From an uncultured Verrucomicrobiae bacterium (GTDB lineage Bacteria > Chlamydiota > Chlamydiia > Chlamydiales > Rhabdochlamydiaceae), in the NCBI GenBank assembly GCA_963806855.1, contig CAWDYW010000002.1, forward strand, positions 32,001-96,000: a DNA stretch of 64,000 nt. Reading direction: 5' to 3'. The position numbers and the translations under genes are program-made. Under the pieces are notes generated by a model. It did not search any database. It worked only from the letters and a program-made list of their open reading frames with translations, and had not been told where the DNA came from. Positions 31,655 to 41,117 of this stretch are shown in pieces. Position 1 is the stretch's first letter; every line of letters starts with the position of its first letter.

Positions 31655-31698
31655 TGGGCAACCTGGGATTGAACCAGGGACCGACGGGTTATGAGTCC
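31655..31698 (-). repeat. att site (tRNA 3' half, one G deleted)
   Basis: tgggcaacctgggattgaaccagggaccgacgggttatgagtcc. Confidence 0.9.
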
Positions 31699-31890
31699 CA
31701 TTCTAAGTATTACTCTGAACGATAGAGATTAAACCAGAATGCGTTTTTCCTCTTAAGGAATTTGAGGTTGTATTCAGGTAGGTCCTCAAAAATTCTCTCA
31801 GATTCAGGTCATTTGCGGAAAATATGCGGAAAAATACTTTCTTTTCAAGCGATAGACTTTACTCCAATCAGCGAAATTTGATTGTGGAGT

Positions 31891-32280
31891 CTATTCCATT
31901 ATCATCGACAAATTTTTATTAAATCTTTTTTTTCTGTATTCGAGGTTTGCTTTTTCGGCTTTATCAAACAATTTGAGGAATTCTTCATTCTGTTCTTTTC
32001 CATATTCCCTTAGAGAGTCTACAATTATCTCTCTTAGTTGAAAAAAATGTTTTAGTATTTCTTTTTCTATATTGGGATCTTGTAACATTTCATCTAGCTC
32101 TTTATCAATTTTCCTTAGCTCATCGAAAAGGGAATGAACTGAGATTGTTGGAGTTTGCGGATCTTGGTGCTGATTCTCGTTCAAACTTTTGAGAGAAGAT
32201 TCTTTACCCACTTTTAACTCATCTGCATTGCAGACAGAACATATTAGTTTTAAAATGCACATGCAAAAAGCTTTTATCAT
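31891..32280 (-). CDS. Hypothetical protein, helical, possibly secreted
   Basis: 129-aa ORF with hydrophobic N-terminus. Confidence 0.5.
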   Translation of the reverse strand: MIKAFCMCILKLICSVCNADELKVGKESSLKSLNENQHQDPQTPTISVHSLFDELRKIDKELDEMLQDPNIEKEILKHFFQLREIIVDSLREYGKEQNEEFLKLFDKAEKANLEYRKKRFNKNLSMIME

Positions 32281-32439
32281 AAATATTGCTACCTAATAAA
32301 TAAACTTAGAATAATTTTTCAACTAAGACTCCCAATTTTCTTTGTCTTCCAGATCGAGTAAGGGGAATCCCAATCTTTCTCGAAATTCGAGCCTTGAAAG
32401 CCGAAATCCCTATAAATCTCCTCCAGGAGAAGCCACCTT

Positions 32440-33111
32440 TTATTCATCTGATAAATTTTCCATTTCAAGATTAGCTGCATCAGTATATACTGCTAACTCT
32501 TTCATAACTTTTTCTTGAGCATTCATAAATTTTTCTGTCTGATACGAGCTTTTGATTTTAAAAATTAAAAATTCATGAGACAACATATCAACCATTTTAA
32601 GTTCATCCAGAGATTGAGCTTTCGGATTTTTTTCAATCGCTTTGGCAACTAAAGACAATATTTTGCTTTGATTATCTAAAAAATTGATGGCTCCCTGATA
32701 CAGTTCTTTAATATCTGAATTTTTATGACTTGAAAACTTTCCCAAAGCCATACGAACCTCCTCGTATGACTTTTCCATTTCTTTTATTCCTCGATGTAAT
32801 AACTTGAGATCATACTTTTTTGTACCTAAGATGTCATTATCAGTCAGTGGATCGAGTTTTTCTTCTATTAATTGTAATATTTCGATTTTATCTTGCAAAT
32901 CTAAAAGCTTCCGATAATCTTCAAAAGAGTTGATTTCGAAAGGATTTGATCTAGGACTATCATTGGCATATGACTTTGCCCCACAACTTTTTGTTGAACA
33001 AGATATGTGATTGTAACTCTTTCTTGGAGCCGCACTAAGTTCGCTTGCTAAAAGAAATGCTATTACAAATAAATTGATTGCTGCTGTTTCTTTTTTAATT
33101 TAATTAAACAT
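32440..33111 (-). pseudogene. Hypothetical secreted helical protein with an in-frame stop at codon 4
   Basis: ATG TTT AAT TAA, then open frame IKKETAAINLFVIAFLLASELSA... (signal peptide) continuous with the 32440..32898 ORF. Confidence 0.5.
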
Positions 33112-33157
33112 GTTTTTCCATACATTTATTTAGTGTGATTTGATTTATTCTAATCAT

Positions 33158-34225
33158 TTAATCCCTATGATATGTTTCAAATTCTCGGTATTTATATAAG
33201 TCAGCTTGGTTCAGTGAAGGCCTGAATTGGGAAGCTTCCTCAACGAGCAAATTCATTGAAATCAAAGTATTGTCTTGCAAAGCCTTCAAAGATGCATTGT
33301 TTACGATTAGCTTCAAATCAGAGGAGATCAGCCCTTCGGTCATCTTAGTTAGCACATCGAAATCGATATCATTATCGGTGGGCCTTTCTTCCAAGAGGAG
33401 ATGAAATAGCTCGTGTCTTGCCTCTATATCAGGCGGAGGAATAAAGATTCTTTTGTCCATTCGTCCAGAGCGAAGAATCGCGGGATCTATTCTTTCGGGG
33501 AAGTTGGTAGCTCCGATGACCAGCACCTTCTTCTTGACACTGCCTTCGATATGCATAAGGAATTCACTGATCTCTGCTTCGCGGTATTGTTCGTGAGAAG
33601 AAAGGCCGTCTCTTCTTGGCATGAGACCGGAAATTTCGTCTACAAAAAGCACGCATGGAGCAATCTGTTCAGCCTTCCGGAAAGACTGCACGATATTGTT
33701 CGATGTTGCATGAATGTAAGGGCTGCCTACAGTTCCTTCGCTCATTTCAATTAGTTCTGCTTTAAGAGCTTCCGCTAATTTCTTCGCTATGAATGTTTTG
33801 CCGCAGCCTGGAGGCCCGAAGAACAGGATCCCGTTGGAAGGGGTGACTCCGTATTTTTCATATGCTTCCCAGTTCAGGAACGGCTGGATCACATCCCTTA
33901 TAAGAGTCTTTTTGAGCTCCGACATACCGGCGATAGCATCCAATCCTCTTCTTTGAAGGAGATTTTTAAGTCTTTCCGGAATATCTCCTTCTTTATGATC
34001 AGGATATCTCTTCCCGATAATCTCCAAGCCGGCAGCAAATAGAACTTCATGGGGGATTTCGCGCTTTTTCAATTTTTTCACAACCTCATCTTCTTGGAAG
34101 AGATAAAGATATTCGGTCGAGTCAAGAAGGAATACTTCTACAAATTGTTGCTTATCAACCCTTTTAAGGACCTTAGCACCGCCAGGCAGGATCCACCCGG
34201 GAGGAAAAGAAGGTTTAACGTTCAT
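33158..34225 (-). CDS. Classical AAA+ ATPase (single Cdc48/FtsH-like module)
   Basis: GPPGCGKT, pore loop SPYI, LFVDEI, VIGATN, IDPAILRSGRMD. Confidence 0.92.
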   Translation of the reverse strand: MNVKPSFPPGWILPGGAKVLKRVDKQQFVEVFLLDSTEYLYLFQEDEVVKKLKKREIPHEVLFAAGLEIIGKRYPDHKEGDIPERLKNLLQRRGLDAIAGMSELKKTLIRDVIQPFLNWEAYEKYGVTPSNGILFFGPPGCGKTFIAKKLAEALKAELIEMSEGTVGSPYIHATSNNIVQSFRKAEQIAPCVLFVDEISGLMPRRDGLSSHEQYREAEISEFLMHIEGSVKKKVLVIGATNFPERIDPAILRSGRMDKRIFIPPPDIEARHELFHLLLEERPTDNDIDFDVLTKMTEGLISSDLKLIVNNASLKALQDNTLISMNLLVEEASQFRPSLNQADLYKYREFETYHRD

Positions 34226-34227
34226 TA

Positions 34228-36069
34228 TTATTCTTCCTCATCGTTAGCGTGTTCTATAACATATCGGGCTATCTGCTTATCAGAATAGCCTTCCTTTCGA
34301 ATGTTATTTAGGATTTTTGGTTCATTTTTCTGCAGATATTCGATAACTTCTTTTTCTTCTCTAGTTAGTGACTGGTTGGAAGGTGTTGAACATGAAATGG
34401 CCGAAGGTGAGCTAGTTTTATCTGCCCGGTGTGGCTTAGACTTATCACTGCTCAGGCTTACCAGAAAATACAAAACGATTGCTCCACTCCATCCAACCCA
34501 CTTCCATATCTTTTTTTGGGAATTTTTTCGAAGCCGACGAGACAAGATGCCATAGCACACAGACATTCCTAAAAATTTAATAATTGTTTGTGTGTCTTCA
34601 TCTATCTGCTTGTTAGCTATTTTTTCAAATGCTTTTTCACTGATTTCATGATAGTTACTTAGCATTGTAATTTCACAGGTATTTAAGGAATCTGATATTT
34701 CCTTTACCATTCTTATAATCTCAGTTCTGTCGCAGGAGGGATTTATAAAATTCAGTAAATATAGTCGGTCTGTGAGGGTTTCAGTTACATATTCAAAGGT
34801 TTGTGTAGCAAGCCTGCTAAACGCAAGTGTTTTGATCCCGAATAGTTTATTGTCGGAAAATTTGTGTCCTAGCTGAATTGTTTGAGAACAAAATACAATA
34901 AGTATATTGATCCTTTCATCTTTAATTGCCTCATCTTCTAGCTTTGATAGATCGTTATCCAATTTTAGGTAGGCACTTTTGGCCTCCTCGAACTTGGCTG
35001 AAGTAATTAAGTTCTTAATTATTTCAAATCTATGGTAAATGTTTTTCCATAACTCATTTTCTTTGATTTGTTTTTTATCTGACTCGATTTTAGAAATGAT
35101 TGTATCTGATAAAGCAATGCTTGTAATTTTCTCGAGAAATAAAAGTGCTAATTCATCATTTCCATCCTGTTTATAAATACCAATTGAAATAGATCTTAGT
35201 TTTTCTGAGGAATTATTTCTTAAGACAATAAAGGGTGAAAATTCATTGAGTTTGAATTTATCCAGATCATCGAAATAGCTCCTGATTTTGGTGAGTGCAT
35301 TTTCTGCAGCCTCTGTGACACTCTCTTTATTTGAAGCTTTTTTCTCTAAATCTTCTATTTCTTTATTTATCTTTAAGATAATAGGCTGAAAGACTTCAGA
35401 GTCTATGGATTTTCCGACTAGACCAAATGTCGAATATAATATGCCAATGGCATCTGGATTTTTAGTCCAACGGTAGAAACCAGACGCATTTGCTGACAGA
35501 ATTTCACCGATGGAGCCTCTGAATTCAGTGAATAATAAAGAAGAAGTCCCTAGTTCATCATGGAGGAGGTAGTATTTTTCATAGAAATTCCAGAAGTCTT
35601 CTGATTTCGTGATCCATTTCCATAGCTCCATTGAACGGGAATAGCTGCCTAAGTCAGAAAAAGCATAGGCATTTAGTAGTAAAGTCAAGGCCAAATTTTT
35701 ACAGGTTAGCCAATCTACATCTTCCTGTTCTCTTGCCTCAAGAATATCAAGAGCTCCCGGGTAATTTCCATTGGAGATTAGTGAAATGGCTTTCTGGCTA
35801 TCCGTAGTGTGAACATCAAACCAGAAAAAAAACTCTATAAGACGCTCTTTGATATTGGAGATTTTTTCGAAAGCCAACCTGACTTCGCTTTCATTCCGGA
35901 GCTCATGAGCAGGGCCGATATCAATATCGTATTTCTGTATCTCTTCAATTTTGGCAAGTTGTAGGAGTTGCTGGAATCTTTTTCGGGTTTCTTTGAGTGT
36001 TGAGGAAGAAGGAAGGCCTAAGATGTTGAATGAATTTCTTATCAGAGTTTGAGGCAGCTGAGCCGTCAT
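34228..36069 (-). CDS. Helical-repeat protein with N-terminal J-domain-like helices and a C-terminal TM segment
   Basis: NSFNILGLPSSSTLKETRKRFQQL (J helix I/II-like, no HPD); TPR-like helices; WKWVGWSGAIVLYFLVSL TM. Confidence 0.65.
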   Translation of the reverse strand: MTAQLPQTLIRNSFNILGLPSSSTLKETRKRFQQLLQLAKIEEIQKYDIDIGPAHELRNESEVRLAFEKISNIKERLIEFFFWFDVHTTDSQKAISLISNGNYPGALDILEAREQEDVDWLTCKNLALTLLLNAYAFSDLGSYSRSMELWKWITKSEDFWNFYEKYYLLHDELGTSSLLFTEFRGSIGEILSANASGFYRWTKNPDAIGILYSTFGLVGKSIDSEVFQPIILKINKEIEDLEKKASNKESVTEAAENALTKIRSYFDDLDKFKLNEFSPFIVLRNNSSEKLRSISIGIYKQDGNDELALLFLEKITSIALSDTIISKIESDKKQIKENELWKNIYHRFEIIKNLITSAKFEEAKSAYLKLDNDLSKLEDEAIKDERINILIVFCSQTIQLGHKFSDNKLFGIKTLAFSRLATQTFEYVTETLTDRLYLLNFINPSCDRTEIIRMVKEISDSLNTCEITMLSNYHEISEKAFEKIANKQIDEDTQTIIKFLGMSVCYGILSRRLRKNSQKKIWKWVGWSGAIVLYFLVSLSSDKSKPHRADKTSSPSAISCSTPSNQSLTREEKEVIEYLQKNEPKILNNIRKEGYSDKQIARYVIEHANDEEE

Positions 36070-38552
36070 AAAGTAATCCCCGATTTTACAAATGTGACAA
36101 TTGGAGTTCCTTCCTCATTTGAAAATACGCCAAGAGCAAAGTATGCTTCCTGCATTTCTCTAACATTTGACTCGGCTACAGAAATTTTTGCTTTACTGAT
36201 TACATCTGAAACAGAAGGATGAAGATCCGCCTTCTTTTGTACCTTCTCAATTTCACTTTGAAGCCACTGAGCTAATATGCGTTTGTCGTTTAATTGGCAT
36301 TTTAAATGCAATTGATTCAGTTTTTGAACAATATGTTCTATCCATATTGCATCTTGCTTGGAAATAGCAGCTAGTCCGTCTTGATGGAGGGTATTAAAAG
36401 TCGCTTCGTATTCAGCGCATTTTTCCTGTGGGGAACAGTCTTTTAGGTACTCTGTCAAATCCTGGCATATTTGTCCAAAATCAGCTATGTTGCTAGTGAG
36501 TTTGGTTTTTGCCTCAATTTGGTCTAAGACTACCATCAGATCTTTTACTTGCTTTTCCGCTTTTCTGTATTGATCAGAATCTTGACCTGCACCACCAATA
36601 GTAGATTTAATATCGTCAATCATTTTTTCCGTGAATCTGGTTGCATTAGTCAGCTCCTCCGAGGGTGTCATAGATTCAAAGCGTGAAATTTGCTCTGAAA
36701 AGTCCTTCTCTACTTGATCAATCTTAGCTACGTCAAAATAAAGGGTTTCCCTTGCATTAAGAGTAATATCGGGTTCAGGAAGGTAAGCAGTTACACTAAG
36801 TTCTCTTGATTCATTGATCTCGATGGAGATGTCTACCGGTGAACCTCTTTTCAGGTCTTTGAAAATTGCTTTTCCTGTAATGGCCAGATGGCAAACCAAG
36901 GTGTTTCTGTTTGTGATGGGAGATTCACCTTCATAAATGCAGATTGGGAGGGCATTCTCGGAAGAGCCAGCTTTCAGATCGGCCAAGGTATGGAAGCGCT
37001 TTTTGCCCTTGAGAGGGAGGATTGAGTTTTTAGAGAAGAAGAACTCCATAGTTTCCGTAGGATCCGCATAGCCTTTGTGAGAAGATAGGGAAATGACAGA
37101 TACTCCTATTGAGTAGGGGAGGGGAGCTCCCAAAATAGAAACCCCTCTGTTGATTAGAATGCCTTCTGGAGATGAGGTAATTAGACGCCCGCTGCTCTCT
37201 TTCACATAAATCCAGTATTGCATCCCTTTTTCGCCTGTCGGAAGAGTTAAGATGAATTTTTCATTACGGATCAAAATTTCCTCTGAAGCGAAGGAGCTGT
37301 CGGAGCTTATAAACTGGATGGAATGGGGTTGCGAATCTTCAGCAAAACGAAGAACTCTTCCTGTGATGGTTTGGTCATCATCTGATGTTACTGGATTATA
37401 ATTTACTTCGATCTGGCAAGAAGCAGCTGTCATGCGGGCATTTTCTTCATAGCTTAATGCAGCAGGGGCAGATGTTTGATTGCCATACATTGTAGCCCCC
37501 CTCGCAACAACGGTGAGGGGATCAAGGCTTCCATCCACATTGATTTGCAATGAATCTTTTATAAAGTCTTGTAAGATTGGCATCTGGGTTGGGCCTCCAA
37601 CAAAGACAATCTTTTGAACTGTCGTAGGATCAACCATTGCATCGCTAATAGTCTTCCTACAGAGATCGACTGTTTTATCAAGCAAATATCTGCAACTTTC
37701 TAGAAGATCTTCACGCGAAATTTCAATGGAGTGTTCAACACGTGTTTGATTTATCTCAATATCGATATCGATTGTTGTTTTATTAATGGAAGTAAGCTCA
37801 ATTTTTGCAGATTCTGCAAGCTCTTTTAAATAACTGAAGATTTGAGAGTGAGTTGATGGATCAAGAGAAATTCCTTTGGCGGAAAGAGAAGGTAAGATTA
37901 AAGTTTGTATGATTGAAGCATCAAAATCTTTTCCACCCAAGAAATTGTCTCCAGCATGGGCAAGCACGGTCAGGTATCCATCACGAGATGCTACTAGAGC
38001 AACGTCGAAGGTGCCCCCACCAAGATCGTAAACAAGCCAATTTTCATCCTTTTTATTTAGAAATCCATAAGCAATTGCAGCCGCAATTGGCTCTTGGAGA
38101 AGAACTATTTGCTTGAAGCCCGATAAGACTCCTGCCCTCTTTGTAGCCTCGGATTGAACTGTAGAAAAATAGGCAGGAACAGTAATTACGGCTGCATCTA
38201 ATAAAGTACCTGGATATTTTCTCTGGACATCGCCTCTAAGGGCTTTAAGGATTTCTGCAGAAACTTCTTCAGGAAGCATGTTTTTCTTTAGATTTGGAAA
38301 GAAAATAGTTTCTCCTGTTCCCATAAGGCGCTTGATTTCAGCTTTGCTATTTTGCAGGTTCTCTTTTGAGTTATTCATAACCCTCTTTGCCTTCGAACCC
38401 ACCACAATATTTCCATTTCTATCTACGAAAACAACAGAAGGAGTACTTTCTTCCCCTAAGGGATTCTTAATTATTTGCACTTCATTTTGGTGGAGTATTG
38501 CTACAGACGAATTTGTAGTACCTAAATCGATTCCTATTTGAATAGTTGACAT
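36066..38552 (-). CDS. Atypical, extended Hsp70/DnaK-family protein (828 aa)
   Basis: IGIDLGTTNS, TPSVV, AVITVPAYF, EPIAAAIAYG, YDLGGGTFDV, LGGKDFD, FVGGPTQMP; divergent C-terminal half. Confidence 0.92.
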   Translation of the reverse strand: MSTIQIGIDLGTTNSSVAILHQNEVQIIKNPLGEESTPSVVFVDRNGNIVVGSKAKRVMNNSKENLQNSKAEIKRLMGTGETIFFPNLKKNMLPEEVSAEILKALRGDVQRKYPGTLLDAAVITVPAYFSTVQSEATKRAGVLSGFKQIVLLQEPIAAAIAYGFLNKKDENWLVYDLGGGTFDVALVASRDGYLTVLAHAGDNFLGGKDFDASIIQTLILPSLSAKGISLDPSTHSQIFSYLKELAESAKIELTSINKTTIDIDIEINQTRVEHSIEISREDLLESCRYLLDKTVDLCRKTISDAMVDPTTVQKIVFVGGPTQMPILQDFIKDSLQINVDGSLDPLTVVARGATMYGNQTSAPAALSYEENARMTAASCQIEVNYNPVTSDDDQTITGRVLRFAEDSQPHSIQFISSDSSFASEEILIRNEKFILTLPTGEKGMQYWIYVKESSGRLITSSPEGILINRGVSILGAPLPYSIGVSVISLSSHKGYADPTETMEFFFSKNSILPLKGKKRFHTLADLKAGSSENALPICIYEGESPITNRNTLVCHLAITGKAIFKDLKRGSPVDISIEINESRELSVTAYLPEPDITLNARETLYFDVAKIDQVEKDFSEQISRFESMTPSEELTNATRFTEKMIDDIKSTIGGAGQDSDQYRKAEKQVKDLMVVLDQIEAKTKLTSNIADFGQICQDLTEYLKDCSPQEKCAEYEATFNTLHQDGLAAISKQDAIWIEHIVQKLNQLHLKCQLNDKRILAQWLQSEIEKVQKKADLHPSVSDVISKAKISVAESNVREMQEAYFALGVFSNEEGTPIVTFVKSGITL

Positions 38553-38698
38553 AAAAACCTTATTTAAAATTTTATTAAATTATTAATTCAGATAATAATA
38601 ATTGATAATTACATTAAAAATCTACTCGTAATTATTTTTTTTCGGCCCTTGGGATTTGCGTTATCAACAAGGAATTGTCAAATATTTTATCAAAGTTT

Positions 38699-38790
38699 TC
38701 ATAAAGGCTCTGGATTTAAATGCTGCTGAAACCAGGCTAAATTGAGGTTCATCGAATCAAGTTGCATTTTGGGATCCACTAAACAATGCT
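38699..38790 (-). pseudogene. 3'-end relic of an S9 peptidase paralog
   Basis: EHCLVDPKMQLDSMNLNLAWFQQHL vs EHRLTDPKMLLDAMNLNLEWFQHYL in the gene at 70..2073. Confidence 0.75.
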
Positions 38791-38831
38791 CCTCAAAGTT
38801 GAATTTGATCCCAGCCCAACTGCAAATAGGA

Positions 38832-39374
38832 TTAACTAAAATAGACTCGCACAAATCTTTCGCAACGTTCAGAAAAATTAGCATTAAACCCATCTGCTAT
38901 CTTCTTAGAGAAATTAGGTTCAAATTGGTATTTAGCAAGGCTGTGATACAATTGATGCCCTTCTGTGGTTAATTCAACATGGCATTCGGCGACCTTAATA
39001 GATTTATCTGTAAGAAATGATATTTCTTCGCCAATTGTTCCGACCACATCTTTAATATACTTTTTCAAATCCCCAGCAGGACAGAACTGATTGGAAAACA
39101 ATTTCCCATCCTTAAAAGCATTTTCACAGTATTCTTTTATTTTTTCTGCTGTCATCGTTTTTTTGCAGTCGCTAGGAAGAAAATCGTCAAAAGTTGGGAT
39201 ATTAAATGTTGATGTCTGGCTCATCGATAAATGGATCCCGCCTATCATAGCAAGCGCCCCAAAAACTACCTGGTACTTCCCCATGCTATTTCCTGCATGC
39301 CAATTCTTTAATCCTTTGTAAGCAACATATGCTCCGCCGAATGTAACTGCAGTTGATAAATTTACAAAACTCAT
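38832..39374 (-). CDS. Hypothetical membrane protein
   Basis: Two N-terminal hydrophobic segments. Confidence 0.55.
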   Translation of the reverse strand: MSFVNLSTAVTFGGAYVAYKGLKNWHAGNSMGKYQVVFGALAMIGGIHLSMSQTSTFNIPTFDDFLPSDCKKTMTAEKIKEYCENAFKDGKLFSNQFCPAGDLKKYIKDVVGTIGEEISFLTDKSIKVAECHVELTTEGHQLYHSLAKYQFEPNFSKKIADGFNANFSERCERFVRVYFS

Positions 39375-39567
39375 ATAATCTCATTTGTTAATTTTAAATA
39401 TATATTATTGTAGCATAAACACACGGTAGTTAGCAATAAGCAATAAATTAGATAAATAATAATATTGACAGTTTTAATCTTCCATGGCGTTGTTGCACAA
39501 ATAGCTACGGATGAGGATCTTGCTTGCCTTTAGTCCAAAGCTTTACATAACTGTTCCATTTACTTGA

Positions 39568-39984
39568 TTATCTTAGATTTTTTCTTAGGAATATTTTTGA
39601 ATGACCATGCCAATAATTCTTTAATTCCCCTATCCGTTCATAGCCGTTTTTTAAATAAAATTCTTCCGCTTGAAAGTCCCAAGTATCCACTAGAGAAAAA
39701 ATGCATCCATTTTTAATGGCTTCTCGTTCTACTGCATCTAGCAATTTTGTGCCGTATCCTTGTTTTTGGAGATTTCCTTCAACCCACAATACGTCGATGT
39801 AGACTGATTCCGTATCTAAAAATGCTTGTATCCCGCCGAAAACTTTTCCCGAATCATTTTTCAAAAAAATGGAAAATGCTTTATCTCGCTCACCTACTAT
39901 ATTCTCATTGGATGCAATGATACCTTCTCTTACAACGGCATTATCAGCCTGACTAGGCGCATAATCGACGACTACTTTGTACAT
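39568..39984 (-). CDS. GNAT family N-acetyltransferase
   Basis: YIDVLWV, QKQGYGTKLL, DTWDFQAEEFYLKNGY. Confidence 0.9.
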   Translation of the reverse strand: MYKVVVDYAPSQADNAVVREGIIASNENIVGERDKAFSIFLKNDSGKVFGGIQAFLDTESVYIDVLWVEGNLQKQGYGTKLLDAVEREAIKNGCIFSLVDTWDFQAEEFYLKNGYERIGELKNYWHGHSKIFLRKNLR

Positions 39985-40010
39985 ATTTCAACGGTGGATC
40001 TATTGAAAAA

Positions 40011-40052
40011 TGGGGCAACCTGGGATTGAACCAGGGACCGACGGGTTATGAG
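40011..40052 (-). repeat. att site of island 1 (exact 42-bp copy of the tRNA 3' half)
   Basis: Identical to 53223-53264; ends exactly at the 7-nt anticodon loop (CTCATAA on - strand). Confidence 0.95.
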
Positions 40053-40252
40053 GGAGGGAGAATCCCATTTCCACTAGCGCCATCCAACATTTATGAGCAT
40101 AAGTATAAAAGACTTGTTTAATGGATGCAACCGGTTTTTATTGGATCGGATTGGTGAAAATTGATGCACCGTGCACCGCCATTGCACCATTAAAAATTTT
40201 GATCTATGATGCAATTATGGCCTTTATCAATAGAGAAAAGAGAGAGGATTAG

Positions 40253-41092
40253 ATGGCAAAACATCCATTAGCGGAAGTTTTCGGGTTTCCGACTGACAAT
40301 TTTTCTGAAGAAGCAATTCGTCATCGAGAGCATCGGCTTTGTCCATTTAATAATCGCATACCAAATTGCACTAAGGTTAGCGCTGAAAATCCCTTAGGTG
40401 TCTGTAGTATTTTTTCTAAAGCAGAAACACCTGTAATTACTTGCCCTATTCGATTTAGAGAAGATTGGCAGATAGCTTCAGATGCTGCAAACTTCTTTTT
40501 TCCTTTAGGAACTAAATGGACTTCGTTAACCGAAGTCGCTCTGCTAGACAAGCATAATCGAGAGGCAGGTAATATTGATGTCGTATTGGTTTCATATGAT
40601 GAGAATCATATTGTTACTGGTTATGGAGCTCTTGAAATTCAGGCTGTTTATGTGTCTGGAAATATTCGAAATCCTTTTGCTTGCTATATGAATAATCCGG
40701 TTGAGCAATTTGATATGGATTGGTCTAAACAAAAGCATTATCCCCGGCCAGACTATTTGTCATCCTCACGAAAACGATTAGGTCCACAACTTCTTTTTAA
40801 AGGGGGGATTTTACATTCATGGGGAAGAAGGATGGCTGTGGCGATGGATCGGAATTTTTATGAAACGTTGCCACCCCTCAAAGAAGTTGATAGAATAGAA
40901 GCTGAAATAGCTTGGCTAGTATATGAATTGCGTTTCTGTGCTGAAAAACAACGATATCGGTTAGCATTGCATCAAATTTTATACACAAAATTTGAATCAG
41001 CCTTACATCAATTTACGCACTCCGAAGCTGGAAATGAGTTTCAGTTTTTAGAAACACTTCAGAAAAATCTCAAGCAAAGGTTAGGATTGTGA
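40253..41092 (+). CDS. NotI-family type II restriction endonuclease
   Basis: EVFG, Cys4 cluster (LCPF, CTK, GVCS, TCPIRF), GNIDVVL, ALEIQAVY, PDYLSSSRKRLGPQLLFKG. Confidence 0.82.
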   Translation: MAKHPLAEVFGFPTDNFSEEAIRHREHRLCPFNNRIPNCTKVSAENPLGVCSIFSKAETPVITCPIRFREDWQIASDAANFFFPLGTKWTSLTEVALLDKHNREAGNIDVVLVSYDENHIVTGYGALEIQAVYVSGNIRNPFACYMNNPVEQFDMDWSKQKHYPRPDYLSSSRKRLGPQLLFKGGILHSWGRRMAVAMDRNFYETLPPLKEVDRIEAEIAWLVYELRFCAEKQRYRLALHQILYTKFESALHQFTHSEAGNEFQFLETLQKNLKQRLGL

Positions 41093-41117
41093 ATATAAAC
41101 AAGCTAAACACAAAAAT

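Larger units (their letters stand above)
31655..40052. mobile_element. Integrase-less (defective) genomic island 2 carrying the Hsp70/J-like/AAA operon
   Basis: Bounded by att copies at 31655 and 40011; tgcggaaaa direct repeats at ~31814-31834; AT-rich cargo. Confidence 0.7.

Noticed and set aside
36066..38552. Housekeeping dnaK
   Set aside because: Too long, divergent C-terminal half, no grpE/hrcA/dnaJ context, located on an island
15210..40052. att repeats as a CRISPR array or extra tRNA genes
   Set aside because: Spacing is kilobases, no cas genes are present, and the copies lack the tRNA 5' half
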